Shown: positions 14,380 to 27,191 of the stretch, one piece after another
Numbering within the stretch: position 1 is the first letter of the stretch
Layout of the letters: each line of letters opens with the position of its first letter
Source: Dictyostelium discoideum
Taxonomy: Eukaryota
Length of the DNA stretch: 64,000 nt
Direction of reading: 5' to 3'
NCBI GenBank assembly: GCA_000004695.1
Contig: CM000151.3
Location: forward strand, 2,080,001-2,144,000
Translations under genes and position numbers: made by a program
The notes under the pieces: generated by a model
Database searches by the model: none
What the model was told of the DNA's origin: nothing
Seen by the model: the letters and a program-made list of their open reading frames with translations, nothing else

Positions 14380-15226
14380 TTACATAATGATACATTTTTC
14401 TTTTTTTTCTTTAACTGGTGCACCTTCTTTCTTATATTTCTCTTTAATTCTTTTAACGATACTAAAGAAAACATTATCAACATTGATTCTATCCTTTGAA
14501 GAAGCTTCCCAGAAATCACAATTTGGATAAGAGTTGGCCAACTGTTTACCTTCGTTGGTTGAAACTTCTCTGTGAGCGTCTAAATCTATTTTGTTACCAA
14601 CTAAAACAATTGGTACTTCTTCTTCTTCTTTAACTCTAAATAATTGTTCGACGATATCTTTAATTTCTAAAAATGTTGATTTAACAAGAATACTGTACAC
14701 TAATATAAAACCTTCAGCATTTTTCATATATAATTCTCTCATTGCTACTAATACTTCTGAACCTGCTGTATCTAATACTTCAATACATACTTGTTCACCA
14801 TCTAATTCAAATGTTTTTGTATATGTATCTTCTACTGTTGGATCATACTATTTTATATTAATAAATTAATAAAAAAAAAAAAATAATAATTAATTAATTA
14901 ATTTATATTAATTAAAGGGAAGAAAGAAAAAAAAAATTTTGGTTAGCAAGAATTGGTTTTGTATGGGAAAAAAAAAATTTTGGAAAAAAAAAAAATCTAT
15001 TTTTTCGTTCTTTTTTTTTTTTTTTTTTTTTTGCGAGGGCACATAAAAAAAAAAAAAAATCAAATCAAACACCTACTTTATCAATGAAAACTCCTTGAGT
15101 GAATTGAACAGTGAGTGCTGATTTACCAACTGAACCAGCGCCCATTACTGCGACAAAGAATTTTGTTTTTGTTGAAGATTTCTCTGAACCTTTTGAATCT
15201 TTTGATTTACCATTTCCCTTACCCAT
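14380..15226 (-). CDS. Ras-superfamily small GTPase (Rap/Ras-like) with a K/S-rich N-terminal extension and CAAX box CIIM. Exons 15077..15226 and 14380..14847; intron 14848..15076.
   Basis: Exon 1 reads [50 protein letters not shown] (P-loop). Exon 2 reads [31 protein letters not shown]...LVGNKIDL...EASSKD...CIIM. GTAGGT donor and AAAATAG acceptor, phase 0. Confidence 0.85.
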
Positions 15227-15326
15227 TTTTATTTATTTATTTTATTTTATATTTTTTATTTTATTTTTTTTCTTTTTATATATATACTATAGGTTTTTTT
15301 TTTTTTTTTTTTTTATTATTACAATT

Positions 15327-15370
<44 letters not shown>

Positions 15371-15699
15371 ATCTTTATTTCCAAATGGATGAAAAAAAAA
15401 AAATGAATTAAAAAAAAATATATAAAGGTGAAGAACAACATTTTTTTTTTTGATTTTTTTTTTTTTTTTTTTTTAAAAAAAGAATAAAAAAAAAAAAAAA
15501 AATTTTCATGAAAAAAAAAAAAAAAAAAATCAAAAAAAAAAAAAAAAAAAAAAAAAAAGATTCAAAAAAAGTTTGTGTGTGATGAATAACGATTATGGTA
15601 GTTATTTTTAAACTACATTCACCATCAATAAATCTAATATTAGATAATCATTGAATTTAATTATTATTTAATTAATTGTTATAAAAAAAATTATTTTTA

Positions 15700-15875
15700 T
15701 TATTATTTATTATTTTATTTTTATTTTTATTTTTACTTTTATTTTTATTTTTATTTTTATTTTTATTTTTATTTTTATTTTTATACATATCTTTTTTTTT
15801 TATTTTTATTTTTATTTTTATTTTTATTTTTATTTTTATTTTTATTTTTATTTTTTTATTTTTTTTTTTTTTACC
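15700..15875. repeat. (TTTTTA)n / (TAAAAA)n hexanucleotide microsatellite in the intergenic region upstream of the Ras-like gene.
   Basis: tttttatttttatttttacttttatttttatttttattttt..., interrupted once at 15781..15800. Confidence 0.85.
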
Positions 15876-16456
15876 CGACATAAAACTTATCTTGTAATTT
15901 TATTCATTTGATGTTTTTATTTGAAATTGTGCTTGTAAAATGTTTCTGTTCTCAGTTTTTTGTGAATTAACAATTTAATCTTTGCTGAAATTTAATGATA
16001 TTGTAAATTGGGGTGCGAATTTTTTTATTTTTTTATTAAAATAATTTAATTTTTTTTTTTATAACCACAAAAATGTTTTTATCAAAAAAAAGAAATTCCT
16101 TTAAGGGTTATTTAATATCTAAAAAAAAAAAAAAAAAAAAAAAAAATTATATATAAAAAAATAATTAAAAATGAAAAAATTAAAAATTAATCCTTATACA
16201 AGTTTGATTGTTTTTTTTTTTTTTTATCTGATAGAACTAGTTTTTTATATTTGGTAATTTTTGTTTTTTCAAACAAAAACATTAAATAATTTTTATTAAT
16301 CAACTTCCTTTAATATTTGTTTTTTATTTGTTTTTTATTTTTTTTTTTTTAACCTTTTTTTAAATCATTAATCAAAATAGTTAAAAATAAAAAAAATAAA
16401 TAAAATTAGGAAAGGTTTTTTAAGGTAAATTTATAAACAATTGTCGTCATAAATAA

Positions 16457-16504
<48 letters not shown>

Positions 16505-16704
16505 ATAATTAAAATCAATTATTTATTAAATATAAAAATGATAATTAAAATGTCAATTTAAATTGATTTACTAATTAATTTTATATTATATTTTTTTAAA
16601 TCTTTTATAATATTAAAAGGACAACCAGAAATTGATGTTTCATTTTGAAGGCAGTTTTAGAATGAATGGTACAAATCGCCTTCTTAGAGCATCGAAAAAT
16701 ATAG

Positions 16705-17355
16705 GAAGATAAGAAAATTGATTTAATGGCATCAATTGGTACTGGAAAATTCAAAAATGAACCAACTTTTGGTAAGAATATTAAAGAAATATTGATACTT
16801 TTAGAAAGAAGTATAGCTGAAAGTGAGAAACAATGGGTTGATCTTGTTTCGGAAAATAAAAATTTAGTGGATGTAAATGCTTTTAGAATTAATAAGTTAT
16901 TTGATAATAAAATAGGTTTGGATGTCAAAGATAATAAAAGCTTTGAACTTCTAAAAAAAACTGTACACGAATTTAAAACTGAAAGACCAGTAATCGATTT
17001 GGTTTGCAAATCAATTTCATGTTTATTTTATCTCTCAGATTTACAATTATCAAGTATAATTACCAATCTTCCAAATGAAATTATTGCTCAATTAAAAGAT
17101 TCCACTGTTCCATTCGCATATAGATTAGAAAATAGTTCACTAAAAAATGTTCAAATTCAAAAAAGACATTATTTATCATCAAATCGTCCAATAGAATTAG
17201 TTTGTTGTATTCTATATCTACCTGCCAACATTGATATTATTTGTAAGGTTGTCCCCAAATCTAAATTTTTAAATGAAACATCAATATCTGGATGTCCTTT
17301 TGATTTGGAAATGGATTCATCTTTTTATGGTATTAAAAAGAAATTATCGTTATAA
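16705..17355 (+). pseudogene. Orphan 3' fragment resembling the C-terminal part of a patatin-like (iPLA2-type) phospholipase. No upstream catalytic exons are detectable.
   Basis: ...EDKKIDLMASIGTGKFKNEP...SIAESEKQWVDL...AFRINKLFDNKIGLDVKDNKSFELL resembles the patatin/iPLA2-gamma region after the catalytic DGG motif (VSLGTG...YFRFNP..IPLDE). There is an acceptor-like TATAG at 16701..16704, but the 1.4 kb upstream (15230..16700) is pure low-complexity AT sequence with no GGGxRG or GxSxG exons. Confidence 0.4.
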
Positions 17356-17425
17356 AATTAAAAACAATTTAAATCTTAATATTTTTTTTTTTTTTTTTTT
17401 ATTTTATTTTTTTAAATGTGGTACC

Positions 17426-17752
17426 TTATTTTCTTTTAATGGTTAATTTGACGGTACCATCAACAACTTCTGATCCATTGAAGAATTCGAGAGTACCATC
17501 GTAACCCTTTGAACGTACGGTATTCATTGATATGATCGAACGACCAATAAAGTCATTTTTACTTAAGACATCATGATCCCAAAGTTCAACGATGATATCT
17601 GTTACATTATCTTTAACAAAGAAATTTTCAACTTGATTCCATGTTGGAGTAAGTGTTTTCTTACATACATTACTTTTGAATAAAATTTTTGAAAATGAAT
17701 TATCTGGTTTAATGGCAATAATAACAAGGTATGGATCTGAAAAACCTAATTT

Positions 17753-17804
<52 letters not shown>

Positions 17805-18078
17805 GACTATTATTGTGAGTTTAATATTTCATAAGGTATAAATTACCATTGTTATCAGTTGCATTGGTAACAGTTCCCTCTATTAAATTGATGGTGTATG
17901 GACTTTGGGTAACAACTGGCTTTGGTGGTTTTGGTGTATTAACCTTTACAGCTTTTTTTTCTTTTTGTTTGTTTTCACGTAAAAGATATCCTAATGGTCC
18001 ACTTCTTCCACCCATGTTACCTTGTTTAACTGTTATTAATTAATATAAAAGTTAATATTTAAATAATAATTTAATTTT

Positions 18079-18114
<36 letters not shown>

Positions 18115-18173
18115 ATCTATTTTCTTTTTATCGACTTACCTTGGGCTCTCATAATTTCTTCATAGATTGACAT
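17426..18173 (-). CDS. Small C2-domain protein. Exons 18140..18173, 17847..18029 and 17426..17745; introns 18030..18139 and 17746..17846.
   Basis: MSIYEEIMRAQ | VKQGNMGGRSGPLGYLL...YTINLIEGTVTNATDNN | GFSDPYLVIIAIKPDNSFSKILFKSNVCKKTLTPTWNQVENFFVKDNVTDIIVELWDHDVLSKNDFIGRS...TVKLTIKRK*. Classic C2 beta-strand motifs. GTAAGT and GTAATT donors, phases consistent. Confidence 0.8.
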
Positions 18174-18483
18174 TTTTTTATTTTTTTTATATAATATTTT
18201 TTAAATATATGATGGTAAGTAATGAAAAACCTTTTTATTTTTTTATTTTTTTTTTTTTACAAATATAAAATTTTTTTGATTTCTTTTTTGATCAAAAAAA
18301 AAAAAAAAAAAAAAAAAATTAAAAAAAATTAAATTTTAAGATATTTTTGATATCTAGGGAACACTAAAAAATTAAATGTTGCAATTAATTTAAAATTTTT
18401 CAAATAATTTTTTTTTTTTTTTTTTAAAATCAAACATATTTTATTATAATTTTTTTTTTTTTTAAAATTCCAAGATTTTAGTA

Positions 18484-18876
18484 TCACCTTTTATTATTGT
18501 TTTTATTTTTGAAAATTTCGTGAACCTTTGAAGTTGTCCCAATGGTAATTGAAAATACAACCCCGTTTATAATTTCCTGTATATTTTTAAACCACTCTTC
18601 TCTTTGGTAAACATGTAACTAAAAAATAAATTTAAAAAAATCAAATATAAATTAAATTAATATTTTTAAAAAAAAATTATAATAAAAATTGATTTATATT
18701 TATATATCTTAACTTACTCTGAAAGCATCATTATATACACCTATAAATAAAAGTGGTGGTGATCTATATATAAAAATACCCCTTCCATTTTTTGAATTTG
18801 ATAAATTTATAATTGAATTTGTAGCTTTGGTTACTTTATATTCATTTCCTATTTTTAAAAATAATAAATAATTAAT

Positions 18877-18914
<38 letters not shown>

Positions 18915-19248
18915 TTTACAAACCTTTTATTTTTATAAATTTCCCAATTATTTCATCTGGGTGATAAAGACCATAATTTATAAAAGAAAGTTCATCAGAT
19001 AAAATAGTAAATCCAGATGATGAAGCACATGTGTAATTTCCACTCATAAAGCAAACTTTTGTAAATCCAATCTTTGGAAAACAATTTGGATTATCTGTAT
19101 AAAATATAATAAAATATATATAAAAGAAAATAAAAAAAAAAATAAAAAGAAAATTAATCAAAAAGTAAAAAAAAAACAAATAGAAAATTTTAAACATACC
19201 AATAGCATATTGCCAACAACTTGTTGAACAAATCTCTGACATTTTCAT
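18484..19248 (-). CDS. Small Cys-containing hypothetical protein of about 160 aa. Four exons: 19200..19248, 18924..19094, 18718..18848 and 18484..18618.
   Basis: MKMSEICSTSCWQYAI | DNPNCFPKIGFTKVCFMSGNYTCASSSGFTILSDELSFINYGLYHPDEIIGKFIKIK | GNEYKVTKATNSIINLSNSKNGRGIFIYRSPPLLFIGVYNDAFR | LHVYQREEWFKNIQEIINGVVFSITIGTTSKVHEIFKNKNNNKR*. Donors GTATGT, GTTTGT (atypical) and GTAAGT; all phases consistent. ORF 18916..19248 in the track is exon 2 read into its intron. Confidence 0.55.
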
Positions 19249-19807
19249 TAATTCAAGGAATTATTTCATAAAATAAAAAAAAAAATAATAATAAAGGAAA
19301 AAGAAAATAGAAAAAATAATTTAAAAAAAATAATAAGGAAAAAGAAAAAAGTTTCAATTGTTAATATAATAGAATAAAATAATAATAAATAAAAAAAAAA
19401 AAAATTAATAAAATAAAATAAAATAAAATAAAAAAAAAAAAAAAAATTAAAATAAAAAATAAATTAATATAAATGAAACAAAATTTTGATCAACCATGGA
19501 GCCAAACATCACAATAAAATTTTATATGGGTAATAATAACAAACACACACTCACACACAACCAAGTTTTTGGAAAACCACATAAAAAACACAGTTTTGGT
19601 TAATTTTAGTGGGTAATGAGTTTAATTTTTGGGGGGTTTGAGAGTGGTGGTGGTTTTGAGAGTTAATATCTTTATATATAAATCTATATTATTATTACCA
19701 TCATTACATGACAGATTTAAATTGATTTTCACTTAATTTTTTTGTTTTTTTTAATTATTTAATTTAAATTATTTACTTTATTTTTATTTTTTTATTTTTT
19801 TTTTTTT

Positions 19808-21319
19808 TTAAACCATTGTTACAAGTTCTTCTCTAAATTAATTAATTTATGATTTTTTTGGTTTTTTTTTTTTTTTTTTTTTTTTGGTTAGTATAAATTA
19901 ATATTGGATTTTTTTTAAAAATAAAATTAATAAAATTAATAAAACTTACGCAGATGTTGGATGAATTGCACAAGTATTATCCAAATCCCATTTTGTACAA
20001 CCCATTTTAACAGCAACAGCAAAACCTTGAATAATTTCATCACAACCATCACCAATAATGTGTAAACCAATAACTTTTTCCTCTTTACCTAAACAAACCA
20101 ATTTCATAGAGGTTCTAACTTTATGAACTTGAACTGAATAAAACATATTGATGAATGAGGTATTGTAACATTTGATATTTTCAGTACCATACTTGGTGAT
20201 TGCTTCTTGTTCGGTTAAACCAACGGTACCAATTGGTGGATGAGAGAATACAACAGTTGCAACATTTTCATATTCGAATTTCAAATCGGATTTTCCATTG
20301 AAAAGACGTTCAGAAAGACGACGACCAGCAGCGATTGCAACTGGTGTTAATAAAAAGTTACCACAAATATCACCAACTGCATGGACACCTGGTACATTTG
20401 TATTTTGGAATTCGTCTACTTTAATGAAACCACTTTGTTCTGTCAATTGAATACCAGCCTTGTCAATACCCAAATCATCAGTATTTGGTACACGACCAAT
20501 TGCCCAAATTACACATTCAACTGGTGGTAATTTTACACCTGCGTTTGTGGTGGCAATGATTCTCTTTCCATCGACATCTCTTTCCAATGATTTAATGGAT
20601 GCTTCAGTTACAAATTTGACACCATCGTCAGTCATTTGTTTCAAAAGGGTAGTGTGTAACATTTCATCAAAAGTACGAAGGAATTGTTTTTGACGGATCA
20701 CCATTGTTGTTTCGGAGCCTAATGAATGTAAGACACCAGCCAATTCCACTGCGATATATCCAGCACCGACTACCAATGTTGATTTTGGTAAATCTTCCAA
20801 CTCAAAGAATCCATCTGATGTAATACCCAATTCTTTACCTGGTACATCTGGTACAGTTGGTCTACCACCAGCTGCAATTAAAATATGATCAGCTGTATAC
20901 TTTTCACCGTTGGCACCATTGACTTGAATCTCTTTTGGTCCGCTAAATCTACCATAACCATTGATTCTAACGATATTATCTTTTGCGAGATTTGAGTCAT
21001 AAATTCCATTCAAACGTTTGATATATTCATCACGTGCTTTCTTAATTGTTGGCCAATTGAATTTAACTTGTTGACCACCAAAATCAAAACCATAACTTGG
21101 TGCTGCATTAATCATCTCTTTAATGAATGATGTATTCCACATAACTTTCTTTGGTACACAACCAACATTTACACATGTACCACCTGGTCTTGTTACCTCT
21201 ACAATACCAATACGATCTCCATTACCTTTAGCATTTAAATGTTTTGCTGCTCTTCTTGCTGATGCAATACCACCTGATCCTGCTCCTAAAACTAAATATG
21301 TAAAATGATTTGTTGAACT

Positions 21320-21322
<3 letters not shown>
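19808..21322 (-). CDS. gsr: Glutathione-disulfide reductase. Main exon 19950..21322 plus a 25-nt terminal micro-exon 19808..19832; intron 19833..19949.
   Basis: [26 protein letters not shown]...[13 protein letters not shown] (redox-active CVNVGC) ...HPTSA then GTAAGT donor inside the apparent stop codon. The acceptor TTAATTTAG gives ...EELVTMV*, the canonical GR C-terminus. The symbol follows from the enzyme identity. Confidence 0.85.
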
Positions 21323-21362
<40 letters not shown>

Positions 21363-21762
21363 CCTATTCAAAAATTTTTAAAAAAAAAAAAAAAAAAAAA
21401 AAATTAATATATTAATTTTAAATAAATAAAAAATAAACAAATAATTTAATAAAATACAAACAATTATACAATCAAAAAGGTTTGTGTTTGATTAAAATAA
21501 TTGAAATTAATTTTCAAAAAAAAAAAAAAAATTAAAAAAATTTATTTTTAAAAATAAAAAAAAAAAAAATAAAAATAAAAATAAAAAAAAAAAAAAAAAA
21601 TAAAAAATGATGATATAAATGTTTTCCATTTACTTCTAGAAGCTAAATCAAGAAATGTTTTTTTTTTTTTTCATCCAAATCCTACAGGGAAAGGAAATAA
21701 TTATCCCATAGTTATTAAATATGATTACTTATTTTTGGATTTTTTTTTTTTTTTCAGATTAC

Positions 21763-21829
<67 letters not shown>

Positions 21830-22036
21830 TTATAAGTACAAGTTTATTTTCACTTTTTTTATATCATTTTTTACAATATATATTTTTATTTTTTTTATTT
21901 TTTTATTTTTTATTTTTTTTTTTTTGTTTTCTAGTTATTACAAACTTTTTTGTTTTTGTTTTTGTTTTTTTTTTTTTTTAAAAAAACTTGAAGATAATTA
22001 AAAAAAAAGGTGGGGAAAAAAAGGAATTTGATGTAA

Positions 22037-22926
22037 TTTATTTTTGTTGTTTTTCAGATTTTTCTTGTTCTTTTTGAATTTCTTTTTCAGCTTCAACGAC
22101 AGCAACTAATTTATCAATTTCTTGTTCATCTAATAAAACGATTGGTTGTTTATTTCTAATGACTGCAATTTCAATATTTTTATTTCCACTTTCAACAATC
22201 TCTAATAAAGCTCTAACTGCTAATTTAATTGATTCCTCTTCACTAACGTCTGTATAATTCTTTTCTAAAAATTCACCAACACTCTTTGAACTACGACCAA
22301 TTGCAGCGGCTTTCCATGAACTATAGGATCCAGATGGATCAGTTTGATAAAGATTTGGTGTACCATCTGTATCAAAACCAACAATTAATGTTGAAATACC
22401 AAATGGTCTAACACCACCACTTTGAGTATAACGCTAAATTTATTATTAATTATTAATTTTTTATTTTAAAAGGGAGGAGGGTTGGAAAAGTAAAATAAAA
22501 TAAAATAAAATAAAATTAATATATAAGAAAATTTATAATTTTTATATTAAAAAAAAAAAAAAAACTTACTTGTTGAATACCAGCAATAAATTTAGAAATA
22601 TATTCAACTGATGGTGAATCTTCAACAGTTAATCTATAGGATTGACATTCCATTAATGCTTTACTAATTAATACACGTGAATCGGCAGTTAAACCAGCAA
22701 AGGTTAAACAAATGTGGTCATCTAATTTAACGATTTTTCTAATTGATCTTGCATCTTGAAGTTTAGCGGTTGCTTTCTTTTCAACACCTAAAACAATAAC
22801 ATCTTTACCACGTACACCAACTGCAACAGTACCTTTTCTTACTGCTTCCATGGCATATTCTACTTGAAAAAGATGACCATCTGGTGAGAAAACTGTAATT
22901 GCTCTATCGTATCTTGCACTTGACAT
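22037..22926 (-). CDS. psmA7: 20S proteasome subunit alpha type-7 (alpha4). Exons 22570..22926 and 22037..22433; intron 22434..22569.
   Basis: [33 protein letters not shown]...KFIAGIQQ | [62 protein letters not shown]... is near-identical in pattern to human PSMA7. GTAAGT donor and AATTTAG acceptor. Exon 2 has no start codon, so it is absent from the ORF track. Confidence 0.9.
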
Positions 22927-23929
22927 TATTATGTATTTATATATATATTATATTATTGGAAAAAAAGAAAAAAAAAAAAAAAATTTGGAGTTGATGTGTG
23001 TGTGAGAAATGAAAATTTTAATAAAAAAAAAAAAAAAAAAAAAAAATTAATTTAAAAAAATAAAAAAAAAAAAATTGATTGTGAAGTGCAAAACTTTTTT
23101 TTTTTTTAATTTTTTTAATTTATTTTTTTTTTTTTTTAATTTTTTTTATTTTTTTTTTTTTTTTATTAAAACGGAAAAAATTGAAAAATAAAAAAAAAAT
23201 AATAATAAACAAGATAATATTATTATTATTTCATTATTTATTTATAACTCTTAATTAAATATTTTTCGTTTTTTTATTTATAGTTTTATTAAATTTTAAA
23301 AAAACAAAATAAAAAAAAAAAAAAAAAAAGAAATAAAAAATAATAAAATTTTATTAAAAAAAAAATGAAATAATGAAAAATTATATCACAAAGTAATTAT
23401 TTATTTTGGAAAAAATATCAGGTCAATTTTTTTTATTTTTATTTTTATTTTTATTTTTTTTTTATTTTTTTATTTTTTTATTTTTTTTTTTTTTGATTAG
23501 ATTTACCACCACTCTAATTGATATTCCATTTAAAATAATTTGATAATTTCACTAATCTTTTTTAAATGTTTTTAAAAGATATTATTCAAATGTGTTTAAA
23601 AAAAAAAAATTATTCTCCAATCACACCATTTTCAAAAACACCAATCAGTGGTTTTTCAAAAAAAAAACAAAAAAATTAAATATTTCTATAACATCAAATT
23701 AAAAAATAATAATAATAAAAATTTTAAAAATATAAAAAAAATAATAATAATAATAGTAATACACTTGTAATAATAAAAAAAAAAAAAAAAAAAAAAATTA
23801 TTCTATCTATCTATTTATTAAAAAATAATTAAATTTTATTGTTTATAAACAAGAAATAATTTATGTTGAAAAAATAAAATTTATTCAAAATTTTATTTTC
23901 TTTGTGTATTTTTCAGATCTATTTAAGAT

Positions 23930-24345
23930 CTAAAAATCTAAGGAAAAAGGTTTATTAGCTTGTTGACTTAGAAATATTCTAATAATGATTTCTACGTTAT
24001 CTTTAATCCAAGTACCCTGGGATTCAGGAATATCAAATTCTTTTCCGTTGAATTCAATTTTACCTGATTTTATATGAAATTCCTTTTTGTCCCAAAGCTT
24101 ACCTTCAATTTTGTATTCGGTAAAACTCATAAAATATGGTGTTGGAAGAATACGGGGGGTTGGTGCTGGATGAGCTATATTTTTAAAAAAAGGAAGAGGA
24201 AATTAATGAAATGAAATGTAAGATTTTTAAATTTATATAAATAAAAATTAAATATTTAGAAATTAATAATTTCAATTAATTTACCTTTACCACTTATTGT
24301 TGATTCCCCATCTTCATTAATTAATGTAATTTTCAATTCAGCCAT
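23930..24345 (-). CDS. Small conserved hypothetical protein of about 101 aa, copy 1 of a tandem triplet. Exons 24285..24345 and 23930..24174; intron 24175..24284.
   Basis: [20 protein letters not shown] | [87 protein letters not shown] donor and ATATAG acceptor, phase 1. Confidence 0.75.
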
Positions 24346-25533
24346 TTTAAAATATATTTATTTATTTATTTAAAGTTATAATTTATATTATTTTTTAAAA
24401 AAAAAAGAGAATGTTATTAAATGAAGAAAAAAAAAAAAAAAAAAAAAAACAAAAAGAAAAAGAAAATTAAAAAAATTAATGGTTTTTTCACCCCAATTAT
24501 TATTATAATTTACATATCTCTCTTATATCTCTCTATTAAAAAAAAAAAAAAAAAAATTAAAATTATTTAAAATTGGCAAACTACAAAATCAATTCATCTT
24601 CACTCACCACCAAAACAGTTTTTTTTTTTTTTATCAATTTTTTGAAATTTTTTATTATTTTAATATAAGCTTAAATTAAAAGGTTTTATTATTTACAATT
24701 GTTACTAATTTAATCATGAGTTGGGCAGAGAATGTAATTGCAATAAAACACACATGCAGTTTTTAAAACCTAATTTTAATTTTAATAAATTAGAGTGTTG
24801 GTCTTCTTTTTATGTTCAAAGAACACCAAAAAGTATAAATATTGAATTTCTAATATATTTTTATTAAAATATAATAATTACTAAAAAAATGAGATAATAT
24901 ATAAGAAGGTTATAAATTTTATTAATTATGGTTTTAATAATAAGATGTTTAAAAAATAATAAAATAAATTATAAATTGGAAAAGAATAAATATTGCGAAA
25001 ATTTAAAAAGTATAAATATTGCGAAAAATTTAATAGAATATATTGAAAAAGTTTATGTTTTAAAGGGATTAAAAAACAATGTGGAATTTTCAATATATTT
25101 TTGGTGGAAATTATTTTGATTCTTATATATTTAAATCTTTTTTTTTTATTATTCATATTTTATAAAAAATAACACCCAAATACATTTGCATCATATATGT
25201 TTCTAATTTCTAAATCTGACAGTTCTTCAATTGAATTTTTTATTTTTTATTCTTTATTTTGGGTAAAATAAATTGCTTTATTTTAACATCCAATCAAATT
25301 TCTTTTAAAAAAATAATAAAAAAAAATATCAAAATTAAAATTATTATAAAATGTCCAACTACAATAAATCATCTCAACTCACCACCAAAACAGTTTTTTT
25401 TTTTTTTTTTTTTTTTTGTATCATCCACCATGCATTTATTTTTTAATGGTTTTATTTTTTTTTAATATTTTTAAATAATCAGCTGATAATGAATTAAAAC
25501 CAATAAATAAATAGTCTCTCCAATTAATTTATT

Positions 25534-25566
<33 letters not shown>

Positions 25567-25701
25567 TTTGAGACAAAATTTAAAAATTTTAATCTAAATA
25601 AATAAATTTATAAAATTTTATTCTATATTATATTTATGATGAAAATAAGATTAATGCAAATTTTTTATTTCTTTGTTTTTCATTGTATCTGTTTTTGAGA
25701 T

Positions 25702-26114
25702 CTAAAAATTTTTTTGGAAAATTTTTTTTGGTGGTACAATTAGATGTAAACTAACTTTGATGTGGTTTTCTTCATCATCTTTACTCCATGTGCCTTTAGA
25801 TTCAGTAATATCATATTCTTCTCCGCCGAATTCAATTTTACCTGATTTTATTTGAAAATCATTTTTGTCCCAAAGTTTACCTTCAGTTTTATATTGGATA
25901 AAACAGAAACAATATATTGGAGGAAATATTAGGGGAGCTGGTAATGGATGACCTATATTTTATAAAAAATCCAGAATAAAATGAAATGATATGTTAGATT
26001 TTTAAATATATATAAATAAAATTAAATATTTAGAAATTAATTATTCCAATTACCTTTACCACTTATTGTTGATTCCCCATCTTCATTAACTAATGTAATT
26101 TTCAAATCAGTCAT
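25702..26114 (-). CDS. Copy 2 of the small hypothetical protein family. Exons 26054..26114 and 25702..25952.
   Basis: [20 protein letters not shown] | [83 protein letters not shown]. Same GTAATT/ATATAG junctions as copy 1. Confidence 0.7.
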
Positions 26115-27191
26115 TTTAAAATTTATTATTATTATTATTTATTTATTTTTAAGAGTAATTATATTTAAATTGAATGTTGAAAAAAAATTTTATTAAATAA
26201 TTAAAAAAAAATAAAAAAAAGAAAAAAAAAAATAAAAAAAAAAAAATAAAAAAATTGTTTTTTTTAATAATAAATTATTGTAATTTATATCTCACTTGTA
26301 TCCCCATTAAAAAAAAATAATAAATAAAATAAAATAAAATGACAATCATCTTCACCCCTCCCACAATCAAAACAGTTTTTTTTTTTTTTTTATAAACAGT
26401 TTAAATTAGAGGTTTTATTATTATTTAAAAAAAGTTTATTCTATGTCAATTATTAAACTGATAACAATAATTTGTGATATGGTAATTTGGTGAGTGTTGT
26501 TGATGCTGTAATATATTATTAAAAGATTGAAAATCTTGATTTTTACCAATCATTGAATTTGATTTTCTAAAATTTGCTAAAATCTGACTAGCAAAAAAAA
26601 AAAAAAAAATAATAGAAAAAAAAAAAAATAATTAAAAAAAAAAAATTTGGCGCAAATTTTAAAGTAAATTGTTATTTAATCTTAAAACAATCAAATAACT
26701 GTTTATAAATAGTTTTTTTTATTGTTTTGGTTAAATTAATTGTTTTTAATTTAAAAAAAAAAAAAAAAAAATTTAGTGTGAAAACTCACTACAACAAATC
26801 TGCAAAATTAAAATCAAATAAAACAAATTATAAATAAAACTTTTTGTGGAAAGAATGTAATTGCAATAACTGAATGTTTGGTATAACTATATGATGAATA
26901 ATATTCTCCCATTTCAGAGGAAATGTAAATTATTAAACCTAATATGATGTTGAATTTCTTAATTTCAAAACTCCAAATACATTTGCATCATATATGTTTC
27001 TTATTTATTTAAATGTCAGATAAATTTATCTTATGTTTCCTCAATTGAACAAACAAAACCAAAACCACCTAATACATTTACATCATATATGTTTCTTATT
27101 TATTTAAATGTCAGATAATTAAATTTTAAAAACATAGAAATTATATATGATGAAAAAATAAGATTAATGAAATTTTTTATTTCTTTGTTTT

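Noticed and set aside
15700-15875. A regularly spaced short repeat array was considered as a possible CRISPR-like array.
   Set aside because: It is a simple (TTTTTA)n microsatellite with no unique spacers. The genome is eukaryotic.
14591-17009. ORFs 14591..14869(+), 15111..15392(+), 15115..15366(+) and 16605..17009(-).
   Set aside because: They are antisense to the Ras-like GTPase exons or to the patatin-like fragment, or they are poly-Phe readings of T-runs. They have no splice signals or domain similarity.
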